Positions 1-12,320 of a DNA stretch of 64,000 nucleotides are shown in pieces. Each line of letters starts with the position of its first letter. Within the stretch, counting starts at the first letter, position 1. The notes under the pieces are model-generated. The model was given only the letters and a program-made list of their open reading frames with translations. It ran no database searches and was not told the origin of the DNA. The position numbers and the translations under genes were made by a program. The stretch is from Penicillus capitatus (lineage: Eukaryota > Plantae > Chlorophyta), in assembly GCA_965649825.1 (NCBI GenBank), contig OZ287705.1:574890-638889 (forward strand), given 5' to 3'.

Positions 1-751
1 TGTGACGTCCGCCAAAAGGCAGGACGTGGAGGGAATCGGGCATCAGCACGCCATCTTCGATACAGCTCACAGTCACCGCTCCTTCATCCATATGCACAAT
101 ACAGCCGCCACTGGTGCCCTGACCAAAGGCGGCGGCTGTGGAGTTCGAATGCACGACGACCTCTTTGAAGGCCATATCGACGAAGAGCACATCCAGCATC
201 ACTTCGATATCGCCCAGTGCGAAATCGTCCGGTACCAACAGAACGACGCCGATGCTGCGCAAATCAGCCGCCTTGAGATGCAGACATGATGTGACAGCCG
301 CCAACCAGATGTGCTCGAGATCCGTTCGAAGCTGCGGGGCGGAACGGCGGCGGTCCAAGCCGCCAATGCCAAAGGGATAGACGATATCGTAATCCTCCAC
401 CGAGATGCTTCGCAGCGCCTCCTCTCCCGTCACATAACGACCACCGACCTCATCCGGCTGCATCACTGGATGGACTTCACGTCTCTTGACGCTGCTTCGC
501 TGCAGGCGCTCTTCTGATAGACCCAGTGCCGACAGCGCCTCACTATACGCCGCATTCCGCGCGCCGCCTTCCGCCGCCGTCAACCTCACGGATGTCGCAC
601 ATCTTCTGGACGTGACTCGGCGATAGGCCACCACGTTGGGGAAGGTAACGGGCGTCGGGTCGTTGCCGAAGCCAAAGATAACGCGTTCCGTCGCCGGTGC
701 AAAGATCACAAAATCTCGGCCCTTCTGTTCTATGAGATCGACATTCGCCAT
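1..751 (-). CDS. ARP9: Actin-related protein 8/9 (INO80-complex type), 5' part; runs off the window end
   Basis: Stop-free minus-strand frame from ATG at 751 to base 1 (absent from the ORF track because it has no stop). Translation MANVDLIEQKGRDFVIFAPATERVIFGFGNDPTPVTFPNVVAY...YVTGEEAL...YDIVYPF...DLEHIW...VVLLVPDDF...MAFKEVVVHSNSTAAAFGQGTSGGCIVHMDEGAVTVSCIEDG matches the actin fold as seen in ARP8 (plant ARP9). Confidence 0.85.
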   Translation of the reverse strand, partial: MANVDLIEQKGRDFVIFAPATERVIFGFGNDPTPVTFPNVVAYRRVTSRRCATSVRLTAAEGGARNAAYSEALSALGLSEERLQRSSVKRREVHPVMQPDEVGGRYVTGEEALRSISVEDYDIVYPFGIGGLDRRRSAPQLRTDLEHIWLAAVTSCLHLKAADLRSIGVVLLVPDDFALGDIEVMLDVLFVDMAFKEVVVHSNSTAAAFGQGTSGGCIVHMDEGAVTVSCIEDGVLMPDSLHVLPFGGRH

Positions 752-795
752 TGCCACGGCATTGCTTCGACGCGTACGACACAATCGACTAGGCA
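752..795. promoter_or_regulatory. 44-bp interval between divergent ATGs (probable bidirectional promoter with overlapping 5' UTRs)
   Basis: ARP ATG at 751 (minus) and SAM50 ATG at 796 (plus). Confidence 0.55.
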
Positions 796-2385
796 ATGTC
801 GTCGCCCCACGAGGTCCAGCTGAATGGCGTCGATGTCTCTTCGAAGCCATGCCGCGTGACGGAAGTGGAACTCAACGGACTGCAGCGCACCCAGGCGCAT
901 GTGATCGAACGCGAACTCGCCGCCGTGCATCGCGCCACGAATCTCACCGAACTCTACACGGCGCTCCAAGACGTGATCGCCAATTGGACGCAACTCGACG
1001 TCTTCTCCTCCGTCGACGTCTCCATCACAGAAACGCAGCGCGTACGTGGGGTGCGTCCATCGGCGCGCGTGAGCGGGGTGTGATTAGGGAGAGCCAGACA
1101 CCTGCCGTGTCGAGTTTCACTTTGTGGAAAAGACGTTTTGGACGTTGAAGGCCAAGTCGTTTGTGCAAGGAGCGGAGGCAGGGGTTGAGGGATGCCTAGG
1201 ATTACGTAATCTGCGAGGCATGGGTGAGAGAGTGACGGTGTCGATGGAGTACGGATCGCATCGTCTTCGAGAATCGGGCGTCGAATATGTGATGCCCAGA
1301 ATCGGCGGCCATTCGTGCAATGTGGGTAGCACTGACCTCATGCTCGCTTCCTCACGCACCTGTCACATCACTTTTCATTCTGTCTAGCTCTATGCCAAGC
1401 TGTTCAACTTTGCCAAGACGAATTATCATTTCACGTCCTACGAGGAGCGGCTAAGGGGTCTGGCGCTGACACTAGCCAGGTGAGGATGGTTGGCGATCGT
1501 TGATGTGACAGGTGGATGGTTGTAGTCCAGATCGATCGCACGCGCTGAGTTATGAACTGGGATGGCACCAGCTGCTGGATGCGCATCGTCAGGCATCGCC
1601 TGCGATTCTCGAACGGTTAGGACACGAACTCAAATCCTCCATTCAATACCAAATCCTCTACGACCCCCGCGAGGCGCGTCAGCTCTCCACTGGCGGCGCC
1701 GTCCGTTGGATGACGCAATTGAATGGACTACTGCCCCACGGGTCCGTTGCTAGGACGGTTAAGAATCGTCTGGATGTGCAGCTATCGTGGAAATGGCTCC
1801 CGTGGAGTTCGCTGTCCATCGGCGCCGCCGCCGGACTGGTGATGCCTTTGACGCGCGCCTTCCGAACGACCCAGACATCCATCGCCGAGCGCTTCCACCT
1901 TGGCGGCGTCGACTCCCTCAAGGGATTCCATACCTACTGCCTCGGTCCCTCTATGCCTTGCCGTTCCGCCCACAACGCCACGCCACTGAAGAGAGCGCGT
2001 GATTATCTCGGCGGCGATGCCATGGCCTCCGCCTACGTTTCGGTGAGCACCGTGCTTCGAGGGGACCTCGCTTAACGATCGCCCCCGTGTTCAGTTGAAC
2101 CTGTTTCAGCGCAGTGTCCCACGCGATCGGATGGGGATCTATGCTCGCGTGTTTGGAGATGTGGGCAACGTGGCGACGCTGTCGTCTTTGACGAGTGGTC
2201 CTCTCGGAGAGAATCTCAAACGGTTTGCCGAAGAGCATCGAGCATCGATCGGTGCCGGTATCGTTCTGCCAACGCCGCTGGGAAATTTTGAACTGAATTA
2301 CGTTCTGCCGATGAGATTCGGCAAGAACGATAACGTCCGGTCCGGATTGCAGATGTCTTTTGGCACCGAGCCCTTCACAGCCTGA
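796..2385 (+). CDS. SAM50: Omp85-family sorting and assembly machinery component (SAM50-like), multi-exon
   Basis: POTRA-like N-terminus (VELNGLQRTQAHVIEREL), RNLRGMGE, ERFHLGGVDSLKGF, DYLGGD, and C-terminal SIGAGIVLPTPLGNFELNY...LQMSFG. Joined through four roughly 45-65 nt introns. Confidence 0.9.
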
Positions 2386-2529
2386 CAAACAGACACATTC
2401 TTAAGCATCCATCCCACTCCGCCGCCACTTATTCCTAACCGTCACCTCTGCGGACGATCCCGATGCGCGACGCCTCGCGTGACCAGCGCGTTCTCGGATA
2501 GGGTGAGACGCTTCGTGTGTTTGCCTGCA

Positions 2530-5005
2530 ATGGATCGCGTGTCCTGTGTGGGATGCTTGGAGGAGGGTGCATCGTGGGTACGGTTGTGCGTTTTGCCGGC
2601 GATGATGGTTAGGGTATTCGGTTTTGGCGCAGAACGACGATGAGAGCGAGCTGCTCAGTGTGCTCTCCGAACTCTGCCCGGATCTCATCGTCGAGACACT
2701 GATACTGACGCTCGATCCGTGCGACGAAGAGCCGAAGCGCAATGCGTCGATCGCGTGCGACGCATCGACCGATACCTTCACGTGGGACCACGTGCGACAG
2801 GCGGACGCCCTTGACTTAGGCACTCGCTTTACGCCCTCTTCTGGTCGCGTTCGACTTCGTGCCGCACTCAGGCGACGGCGCGTCGATTGACTGGTCCAGC
2901 CTCCGAGGGATGCTGCCGCTGGAAGGCGATGTGGGAAATGACGTCGCTTGGCCAAAGGAGCTGACGATTCACACAGGAGGACGGTTGTTCCTCTGCCTCT
3001 TCGCCCGACGCGAGAAGACAACGGCATACGACGTCGCCGTTCTCAAGTGCGGACAGAATCGCTCAGAGATGCAGGCCGAGCACTTCGCTAACGAACTGGC
3101 ACGATACGTGAAGATTGCCACCCCGCGATCACACCTCATCCGAAAACAGGTTCCGCCGCCTTTGGCATCTCACAGCCGCCACACATGACGCGCCAAGGCG
3201 GGTGACGCATGGAAGGCTGCCCACGATGCCATCTCTGCCCTGGGGACGACGGTCGCCATCGAAGCTATCCACTGTATGGACGATCTTCTCTGCTTTCTCG
3301 TTATGGAGTACGTCGAAGAGACGTCCCGTCTTTCGTCGAGAACGGCAAGCACGAGGAGCTTTGCGCCGTTCCGTTAAGTGTCGGCCGTTGTAGGATGATG
3401 GGCAGGTGTGTGCGGATTTTGGCAAGGTGTTGGCATTGGATATGCTTCTGGGCAACGCCGATCGATTGCCCTGTGCGGATCTTAACTGGCGTGGCAATTC
3501 AAGGAACGTCCTTTTCGGATCGATTCGATCGAAGCATCCCAGTCGACTCGTTGCAATCGATTCGCGCTTTTCGCGCCAGCCGCCATCGTTCCAAGTCCTT
3601 CACGAGAATGCCACGCTGCAACGCGTGGCCGAGCTGATGCTCAACGACGACGAGACGGGCAGGGCAATGCTCAGTGTCCTTCAGTCCTTGTGGCCAGTGT
3701 TCGCATCTGAGACGTCGTCGGCCGATAGGGAATGCGCCGTGCAGTTTCGGCAAGGATTCCGGCAGGCGATTTCCCAGCTACTGTCTCTGAAGGTCGGTCC
3801 AACGCCTTTCCGTAACCGTCGCTTCTGAACTGGTGTGGTTTCGCAAGGGACTCCTCGAAATGATGCTCGCCGAGATCTCTGCCACCCTCCGGCAGTTCAT
3901 TCAGGATCTGGAACGGGAGTCGCCGTCGTACGGAGCCCGCGCACAAGGACAGACGTTTTCAACCATCCTCTCCGAACAGTCGCTGCCCCCATCGCTCCTC
4001 GCCAAGAAGGCCACGCCGGAGAAGATCAAGATTATCATCAAGAGATCGAAACAGAACGAAACCGTTTATCAAAAACTGCAGTACTGGAAGGATGTGATGC
4101 AACAGAAAGGCAATCCATCGATTCTCTCGGTGGCACAGACGGTCTGTTCTGAACAGGCAGGGCGTTGAAGAGCGCCGTCGAGAACTGGCAGCAGAGACAC
4201 GGTGTGGCGTCCAGTTGTCTGATGGCCGGTTTCCTTGACGGAACCCATCCAGTGGCCGATACCCACGAAACGAAACAGCGCCTGGAGCATATGCTGCGTC
4301 GTCTGCGTCTCCTGGAGAGCGCCTACCAGACGGAGAGACCCTCTCGGATTCTCCAGCACCTCTATCTGGGCAGCGCCCTGTCGGCTCAGAGTCGTCATAC
4401 ACTGAGACGCCGTGGCATCACAGATGCGATCAATACGACTACGGTGGGGCGTAGAGACTGCATTCCACTAGTGAGAGAGGGGGTTTGTGTAGGAGGTGGA
4501 GATGGTTATCGGTGGCGAGGAATTCCGATGCAGTAGGATTCCGTTGGCGGATGGCGATGCAGAGAATCTTGCCTGTTTGTTGACGACGGTGTTCGATTTG
4601 ATCGAGGGCGTGCGAGAGAAGGGCGGTGTTGTCTTGGTGCACTGCTTCGAAGGAAGATCCAGATCGGCGGCGCTCGTTATCGGTTACGTCATGCAGTATC
4701 GCAGTCTCTCCCTCAGAAACGCCCTGGTCAGGCACCGAACGCCGCTTAGAGGACGATGGGCTGATGTCTGCTTTCTCTAGGCGTTGGTCAAATCACAGCA
4801 TGTGAAGACTCGACCGTGTGCGGCCTTTCTCAGAGCGCTGTCGGAACACGAGAGGCGTCTCTTTGGCTCGTCATCTGTTCCGTATGTCGAAGATCTGAGG
4901 CCTGCTGTCAAACGCTGTCCCCTTTGCGGCACGGAGACGGGAGTTTCGGAGAAGAGCTTGGAAGTCCACTTGCAGTTTAAACACAAATCTGCAATGGAGA
5001 AATGA
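2530..5005 (+). CDS. PHS1: PHS1-like protein: actin-fragmin-type kinase domain + dual-specificity phosphatase + C-terminal C2H2-like zinc finger
   Basis: Kinase motifs LVMEYV and DFGKVLALDMLLGNADRLPC...WRGN...LVAID. DSP motifs PSRILQHLYLGSAL and VLVHCFEGRSRSAA. C-terminal CPLC-x13-H-x4-H. Start at 2530 is inferred through a 46-nt first intron. Confidence 0.85.
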
Positions 5006-5199
5006 TCTGCGCTGTACAGACATGCACTCATGTTCGCAGAACAGATTATTCAAAGCCTGTAAAACTGAGTTCAATCGGCCACGGTGCTAAGTGATACACC
5101 TAGACACATGTTTGTGCTTTCGTGGAATGGATACAAACGAATAGAGCCAGTCGATGCGATAAGAAAACGAAAGACGTCAATAGACGTCACATAAGCAAT

Positions 5200-5980
5200 C
5201 TTTCATGCGGATCGAGGTTACCTGTATGTGCTTTGTCGATGTAGCTACGGGATGGCATCTCTTTCTCCGTGTTCATGTCGGTCGCGGCTCATTCGTGGAC
5301 AGTGAGTGGTACATTGTTCTACGTGGGCTCAAGGTGATCAGATACCAGAGATCACATTCCTGCTCCCATGGACGAGACCTTCGATAAACGCAACAAACAA
5401 GTATCAGCCGAGGAATCAGGAAACTATCATGCAACCGAATACATCACCTGCTTGAAAGCGCACAATGACCACGATGTTGGAGGATGGATGCCTGGCATTC
5501 ATCAGGTTAGACTGGACGATTGCTTTATTGTGGACTGACCTCAGCGTTTGGTCGACGATTCGCCACAGACGCATTAGGGTATGCGTGTATTTCCAGTGTC
5601 TGTAGAGGAACCCAGACCGCAAACAACTATTAGCGCTTCCAGTTGCACTGACGCACTGTTGGGTGCTGTACTGCGCGGTCAGCGATCCTTTGACAGTGAC
5701 CATTTGTACATCGACAGCATCGAAGAATCTGCGTGGCAGAAAACGGCAGGCGACAAACAGAAGAAGGACTGGACGCGACTCGGACGTCCGCATTGCAAAG
5801 CGTGTCCGTTACGGTACCACTACGCTCTGACGAATGGAGTCTCTCCATCCTCTTTGCAGAGCACTTGGTACTCTTGCCGTCTCAGAAGAAAGGTAACCGA
5901 CTACGGAGGGCAGCTGCATGGGAAAGGATGGCGCAGAACCGCCGGAGGAATAAAGTCCGCCCGTCACGGCGATTCTTCAT
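5200..5980 (-). pseudogene. Decayed divergent partner gene upstream of G1 (unknown family)
   Basis: ATG at 5980 opens MKNRRDGRTLFLRRF...; homologous to 28312-29000; contains in-frame stops. Confidence 0.4.
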
Positions 5981-6061
5981 TCGCGCGTTTCGGGTTCGAC
6001 AAACACACAAACTGTTTGTCGACGTTTACGAATAAGAGCAGGCCGTGTTATCGAAGAAAGC

Positions 6062-8044
6062 ATGAAGCTGGTTATCTTGAGCGTGTGGCTTTGCCTTCTG
6101 CTCCTTGCTCCGCTCCAGTCGAGTGGCAGCCGCGGTACCGTCGTCTACGCATTTGCGTCGACGGTGATGTTTTGCTGAGTCGCAGACTTCTATGACGACG
6201 ACACGTCCGCCAACTCCGTCCCGTTGCAATTCTCGGTAAGGCTCCTGTTGTTTTGACCTCTCACTGAACGGCGGCTCCAATGGCCCTATCTGCAGAACAT
6301 AGAAGACATACATGATGGAGGTAACAAGACATGCGTGTGCTGTTCCGCGAGATACCGACTGACTCGCACCGTAGGAATCTACTACGCCGGAGCCTCGGAC
6401 CGAAAGCTTGCTCAAGTAAGTGAACTACAGTTATTGTGGCGGAAGTTAGCGTGGTGTGTTCGTGCAGACGGGTGAAGATTCTACAGCCCTTAAGGTAGAA
6501 TAACGTGTCAGCAACACAGCACTTCAAATGGTTGTTGCTGTACAAGCACGACGTCGGCGAAGGAACAGACGACTGGGTTGTCGGTGATGACGGATGGACT
6601 CCACTTCACGAAGCAGCTAAAAACGGAGAAGCAGAACGCGTAAAGGTGTGCTTCTCCGTATTCAAATTCCCGTGTGGAGCAGTCTCAATCGTAGAGTCTG
6701 GTCGATCAAGGCAAAGATGTCGATGTGAAGGAAAACGTTAACGGTAGCACTCCACTACATCAGGCCGCACAATACGGACAGGTTGATGTCGCAAAGGTCC
6801 GTCGAGATAGTTCCTTGTGTGTCTTGGAAGGAGTGGCCGTTGACGCAGGTCCTCATCGACAGTAGTGCAAACATCGAGGCAACGGATAATTATAAGCAGA
6901 CTCCGCTTCATGTGGCAGCACGCTACGGACGGGTTGAAGTCGCAAAGGTCCGTCGAGATAGGTCCTTGTTGTCTCGTGAAGAGTGGACGTTGACGTAGGT
7001 TTTCATCGACAGAAATGCAGACGTTAAGGCGACTGATCAGTTTGGCCGAACTCCGCTTCATCTGGCAGCACGAAACGGACACGTTGATGTCGCCAATGTC
7101 CGTCGACGCATTTCTTTGTTGTCTTGTGAAAAGTAAGCGTTGACGTAGGTCCTCATCGACAGAAATGCAGACGTTGAGGCGACTGATGACTTCGGCCGAA
7201 GTCCGCTTCATCTGGCAGCACGAAACGGACACGTTGATGTCGCCAATGTTCGTCGACGCATTTCTTTGTTTTTTTTTTGTGAGGAGTGGCTGACGACGCA
7301 GGTCCTCCTCGACAGAAATGCAAACGTTGATGCGTCCAGTAAGGCGAAAGAGACTCCGCTTTATGTGGCAGCACAGTGCGGACAGGTCGATTTCGTAAAG
7401 GTCCGTCGACACAGTCGCTTGTTGTCTTGCGAGTAACAGCATCGATGCAGGTTCTCCTTGACAGAGGTGCAGACATCGAGGCAACTGATGGCATCAGCCG
7501 GACTCCGCTTCATATGGCAGCAACTACCGGAAAGGTTAATGTTGTAAAGGTCTGTCGACGCAGTCAGTCGCTTATTGTCCTAAGAAGAGCGGCCGTGGAT
7601 ACAGGTTCTCCTTGACAGAAAAGCAGACATCAATGCGAAGGACAGTATCGAACAGACTCCGCTTCATCAGGCAGCACGAAACGGACAGGTCGATGTCGTT
7701 AAGGTCCGTCAACGCAGTCTTTTCTCTTTTGTAACGAATGATTGGCCGTCGACGCAGGTCCTCATCGACAGAAAAGCGGACATCGATGCGAAGGACAACA
7801 TGGAACAGACTCCGCTTCATTTGGCGGCAGCGAGCGGAGAGGATATAGTCGCAAAGGTACGTCGCAGTTTTTCTCAGATCCTAGGTGTAGTTGTCTTATG
7901 GCACAGGTACTGATTGATGGTGGTGCGTCCAAGACGATTAAGGACAAAGAAGGTCATACTCCGTATGACCTCATATGTACGAATAAGTATGCTACTTGTT
8001 CTGCGAGTGCCCGATCTAAGCTAGAGTTCTTGTTGTCTTTGTGA
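6062..8044 (+). CDS. G1: signal-peptide ankyrin-repeat protein, probably secreted (about 9 repeats, about 15 exons)
   Basis: MKLVILSVWLCLLLLAPLQSSGSR signal peptide, then micro-exons, then phase-0 exons of about 99 nt of the form VL(L/I)DRxAxxxAxDxxxxTPLHxAAxxGxVxVxK. Last exon VLIDGGASKTIKDKEGHTPYDLIC...LEFLLSL*. No TM segment. Confidence 0.85.
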
Positions 8045-9949
8045 AGAGCGCACGATTCATGGCGTCTTTATCATACACATTCTGTTGTTTATCCTTGGTC
8101 TGTCATCTATGTGCCAGACATGTTCTAATGATCCAATTCGATGGTGCTGTACATAAAGCTCCATCGCAACTGGCAACTCTTCATGATGGTGTTTAATAGC
8201 TAAAGGGTGTTGTCTGTGAAGCGAGGCTACGCGAATCTCGCATCAAATGTGCCAAACAATCGCAGGTTTGTTAAAAGCTGTCATAATTGGATGTAATAGT
8301 CTTTTTTATGTTAGCTTCTCTAAATGCGACAACGGTAAGTTATCCACCGATTAAGAGTCCGTTCACCTGCTAAGCTACTCCGTATCGCAAGACCGCCCCG
8401 GTCGTCGTCTGCTGCGTTAACTGGCAAGAGTCTCGCTATTTGCGCCGACATCTGAAGAATGTGGTCTTAATCGGCTCTGTCGTAGAGCACATTAATAGGG
8501 ATGTTCAAAGAGATAATAAACAACGATCATCCATCGCGCCTTCAGGCGTCTTCGAACGTCTCCAGACGACTACTTTTCTAGGTTGACGATGCATCGTCCA
8601 CTCAGCGCAACACACTGTCTGCACGCTTTGCTGCGCTTGTGTGCTGTCGACAGTGCCTTAGCGTGATCTACTTAATGAAGAAATCTGTGCATGACATAGA
8701 GATCTAACGAGTCCTATAAATTACTGAGATTCACACTATAGCATCTGCTGCTGGCATGCGATTCGCATAGCAAGGACAAACAAAGTCACCGTTACACGGT
8801 ACAGTAGATGATCTCCGATCTCCGCAGAAGGCGGAGTCGATAGAGGCATTCTGCGGCGTCGGTGACAGCCAGTGGTGAGCATTTAAGGGCGAGGGCACCG
8901 TACTCCCTCATGGACACACCTGTTCGAGTCCGTCTGGCCACAAGGTAGACCCTTATGGTTCCTGCATTAAGAGATCCTTATCAGTATGCGTGCTTCCTCT
9001 CTTTAGCAAGTGATGCGTAATCGCTAAATAGCAACTCCGTTACGTGATACCGTGAATCTAAAGGCAGATGGTGTGTCACGAACTCGTCGATGATCCTTTG
9101 TTTGAAGACTGGCTGTTCAATTTAAGTCGTTGTTGCCTATGCTACACGAATTCACTTGTCAAAACTGGCCTGTCGATGAAGGAGACAAGAAATCTCACAG
9201 TTGACCTTAGCAACGTCGCTAAACTACAAGAGACGTGACAGCGTTGCGAATCGATCTGTACGACAAGAACGCCAGACCTAATGGATTCACACACGGCTTT
9301 CACTGTGCCGCAAGAGGTTTGCTTTGCGATTGCTGACTCTGTGAAAGATCGTCTGCTCACAGGAGACACTGCGAGAAATATCTCAAACGAGCACCGAAGA
9401 CGTGCCGGATGCACTCTCTGTGTCGCACGACGCCAAATCTCACGCCTTACGGTCTCCGAGATTCACAGGAGGTGTCGTGTCATGCTGTTCCGCGTTCGCG
9501 ATCTTCGAGAAGCTAAACGGTCGGACCATCAATCATTAAGAACGTCATTATCATGACGTTCTGTTCTCGTTGTTTCGTTTCCTTTCTCTGCCGACAGGAG
9601 TGTGCACGACTAGAATGCTATCTGCCTATCTTTTGTCCATCTGCTTCGTCCGCTTCTCTTCACACTGGCAAACGGCTTGTTCAGAAACGATTGTTGCTGG
9701 CCGAATGCTGTGCATCGAGTAACGGATTCGACAATAGAGATCGTGGACGCCTCGATTAACTTGCATGTATCCGACCTACGCTATCAAACCACGAGATAGG
9801 AGAATTGCTGTGAAGAAAACATAGAGATGTTATGTTGCGAACGTTGATGCGCATCCGTTGGTACTCTAAATGATGTGTCCTTCCATAAAGCTATCTCGTT
9901 CGTTGTTTGGATTCCATTCCATAAAGACTGTCGTCGTGGAGAGCGATCG

Positions 9950-12266
9950 ATTCTCAAGTATTAAACCATTGTGAGGTCTGTCCTGCTGCTGAAGGTTATG
10001 TTTGCGATGCGACAGAAGTGACGTACGTGCTTGGTCTGCGCTTGCTGCGTATTCCGGCCAACGAGTCGAAAACTGTTCAAGTTTTCTTCGATCTGTGTAC
10101 GTCTATGCGCTATTCTTACCTTTATCGTTGGCACGTCGACACCATTGCTGACACCAATCCGTGTAAACCTCCTTGCTTAATCTCAAGAAATCTTAAAAGC
10201 GGTCGCGCTGTATACGATGGATGGTTCCGTGTACGAGCGGAACTGCGGTGTTGTTTGTTTGTGTACCCTCTTTCTTTACCTTGACCGTCTGCAAGAAGGC
10301 ACCTCTTCGTCGCAGGCACGGACGCACTGTACATTCCGTTGTAAGCGAGAACAATATCCTATGCGACGTGACGGGGGTGTTGACCGATGTCATGCTGTCA
10401 ACGTCACGTCGACTAATCTACGGCATTCAAAATCTGTTCAGAAATGCTGCAAGTCCAACGGGATGGAGAGCGTATTCAGATGGAGGCTTCTCTATTGCTG
10501 TTTGCTGTATGGCTAAGGCAATTGGTGTTCTTACCTTATGTACATACGAATGACGCGATATGAAATCAGACCCGTTTTGTAATTCGACATTCAAGGCCAT
10601 ACATACGCCTGTAGCCCGACACCATTTCCTGTCGTGCGTCGTAATTTCCTCTGCGATGTATGCTTGCAACTGACGCACTTGGGTGTTCTGTTTTGAACGA
10701 AGACAAAAAGATAAAGCGTCTGTTGGCGGACACACGCAAAAGAGATTCTCCCGATGCTGATTTGACGGAGACATAGGAAGGGAGACATTTCTAGGAAGGC
10801 TACGACAAACGCTGCAGTCTGTGAACGCTGGCGATCGTTCCGAATCCATCACTGGAGGGTTGAGGTACACGACCGTCGAAGAGGTGGCCGTGAACGACAT
10901 ACTCTCGCCTACGGCATCGGCATCTCAGACACGCTGACGATTTCGTTTCTGTGCGTTTCTTGAGCAAAGCAGTCGAATTCTGCCAGGTCGAGTGGATGCT
11001 GTCTTGCATTCTCCTCGAGGGGTTCTCGGTTTCGGGGAATTGGCAATGCGAAGCCTGCCGTCGTCTACGGATCGCTTCGCCGGAACTCTCCTGCCATCCC
11101 CGTAGCCAAACATCCAAAGTGCACAAACACACAACTGCCGTATTCGACGCTTGCTACGGCATCCTCTACGGCGCGACGAAGGAATGTCTCTGACAAGATA
11201 GCCAAAACAGATAGATGTGCGAAGACTCCGGTTGCAGACGTATCTCTGGACAGTGACGGAAGAGAAGCAGGCGTCCATCCGTGCACGTCACGGACGCCGT
11301 TATGAAAAGACTGAAGGAGGAATTGGAAATCGCCCAACCTCTTGTCTTCTCACAGACAAGAATGGCTGTCAAAACAAACGATCATGAATCACTCACCTTC
11401 CATGAAGTTTGCCGTTGTGCGTCGGGTCTGTTTGAACGATCAATGAGATCACTGTTAGGAACGATGTCTCCGGTTCAGTGAGCATTCATTAGTTGGGACC
11501 ATCACCCTGTAAAGGGCAACCCGAATCCACCGAACTCGCCAATGTTGCTGTGGTAGTGTCAGACAGTCGCGTTAGGTGATGGAGGACATCCTCCTCTAAG
11601 ACAGGGACCGTTCTGTCGTTACCGATGGTGGCATACGACTTGGTTCGATGCTGGATCTCACGTGGGAGGCGGACCACATTCTCGGCACTTGATCAGAGAT
11701 GACGCCTGTCCACAAAGCAGTAGAGCGACAGTTTCGGCGTTGTAGTCCATGACAATGCGCCTGTCTCCTCGCGAGAGCACACGTTTGCTGTTATGTAATG
11801 GAGCGTTCAGCACGGAGCAAGGTTGGCCGTGTGAAACAGCAGCCTGCATGCTGCCATGATCTTGTTCCAATCCAAGAGACCGTCTGTCAGAACGCCTTCT
11901 CAGTCCCTCAGCACTTAATGTTGTGCTTCAACATTCACAGTGAATTCGCAGTTGCGCTGCGCTGTCAGCGACCCTTTGGAGAGACCCTTCGTACATCCGC
12001 GTCATCGAAGCGTCTGCGTGGCACAAAACAACCTACGACGGGTAGAAGAACGACTGGACGGGACTCGCGCATCCTGCATGACGAAGCGTGCCCGTCACGG
12101 CACAACTACGCTCTGACGGATGGAGTCTCTCCATGCTCTTTGCCGAGCGTTTGTCGCTCGTAGCACCTCGAAACGGGAACAGCCCACCACGGAAGGCAGC
12201 TGCATGGAAAATGACTGCGCGGAACCGTCGAAGGAATAAAGTCCGCCCACCACAGCAATTCTTCAT
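9950..12266 (-). pseudogene. Decayed multi-exon divergent partner gene upstream of G2 (unknown family)
   Basis: MKNCCGGRTLFLRRFRA...; downstream segments align with 35000-37035 with mostly synonymous differences (e.g. AVEDAVASVEYGSCVFVHFG vs AVDDAVAIVEYGCSMFVHFG); stops and indels present. 3' limit approximate. Confidence 0.45.
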
Positions 12267-12320
12267 TCGAGAGCTGCGCGTTTGAAAAACACAGGAATTG
12301 TCTGCGCTGACGAAGAAAGC

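Noticed and set aside
2-517. Plus-strand ORFs 2-289 and 311-517
   Set aside because: Antisense shadows of the minus-strand ARP8/9 frame.
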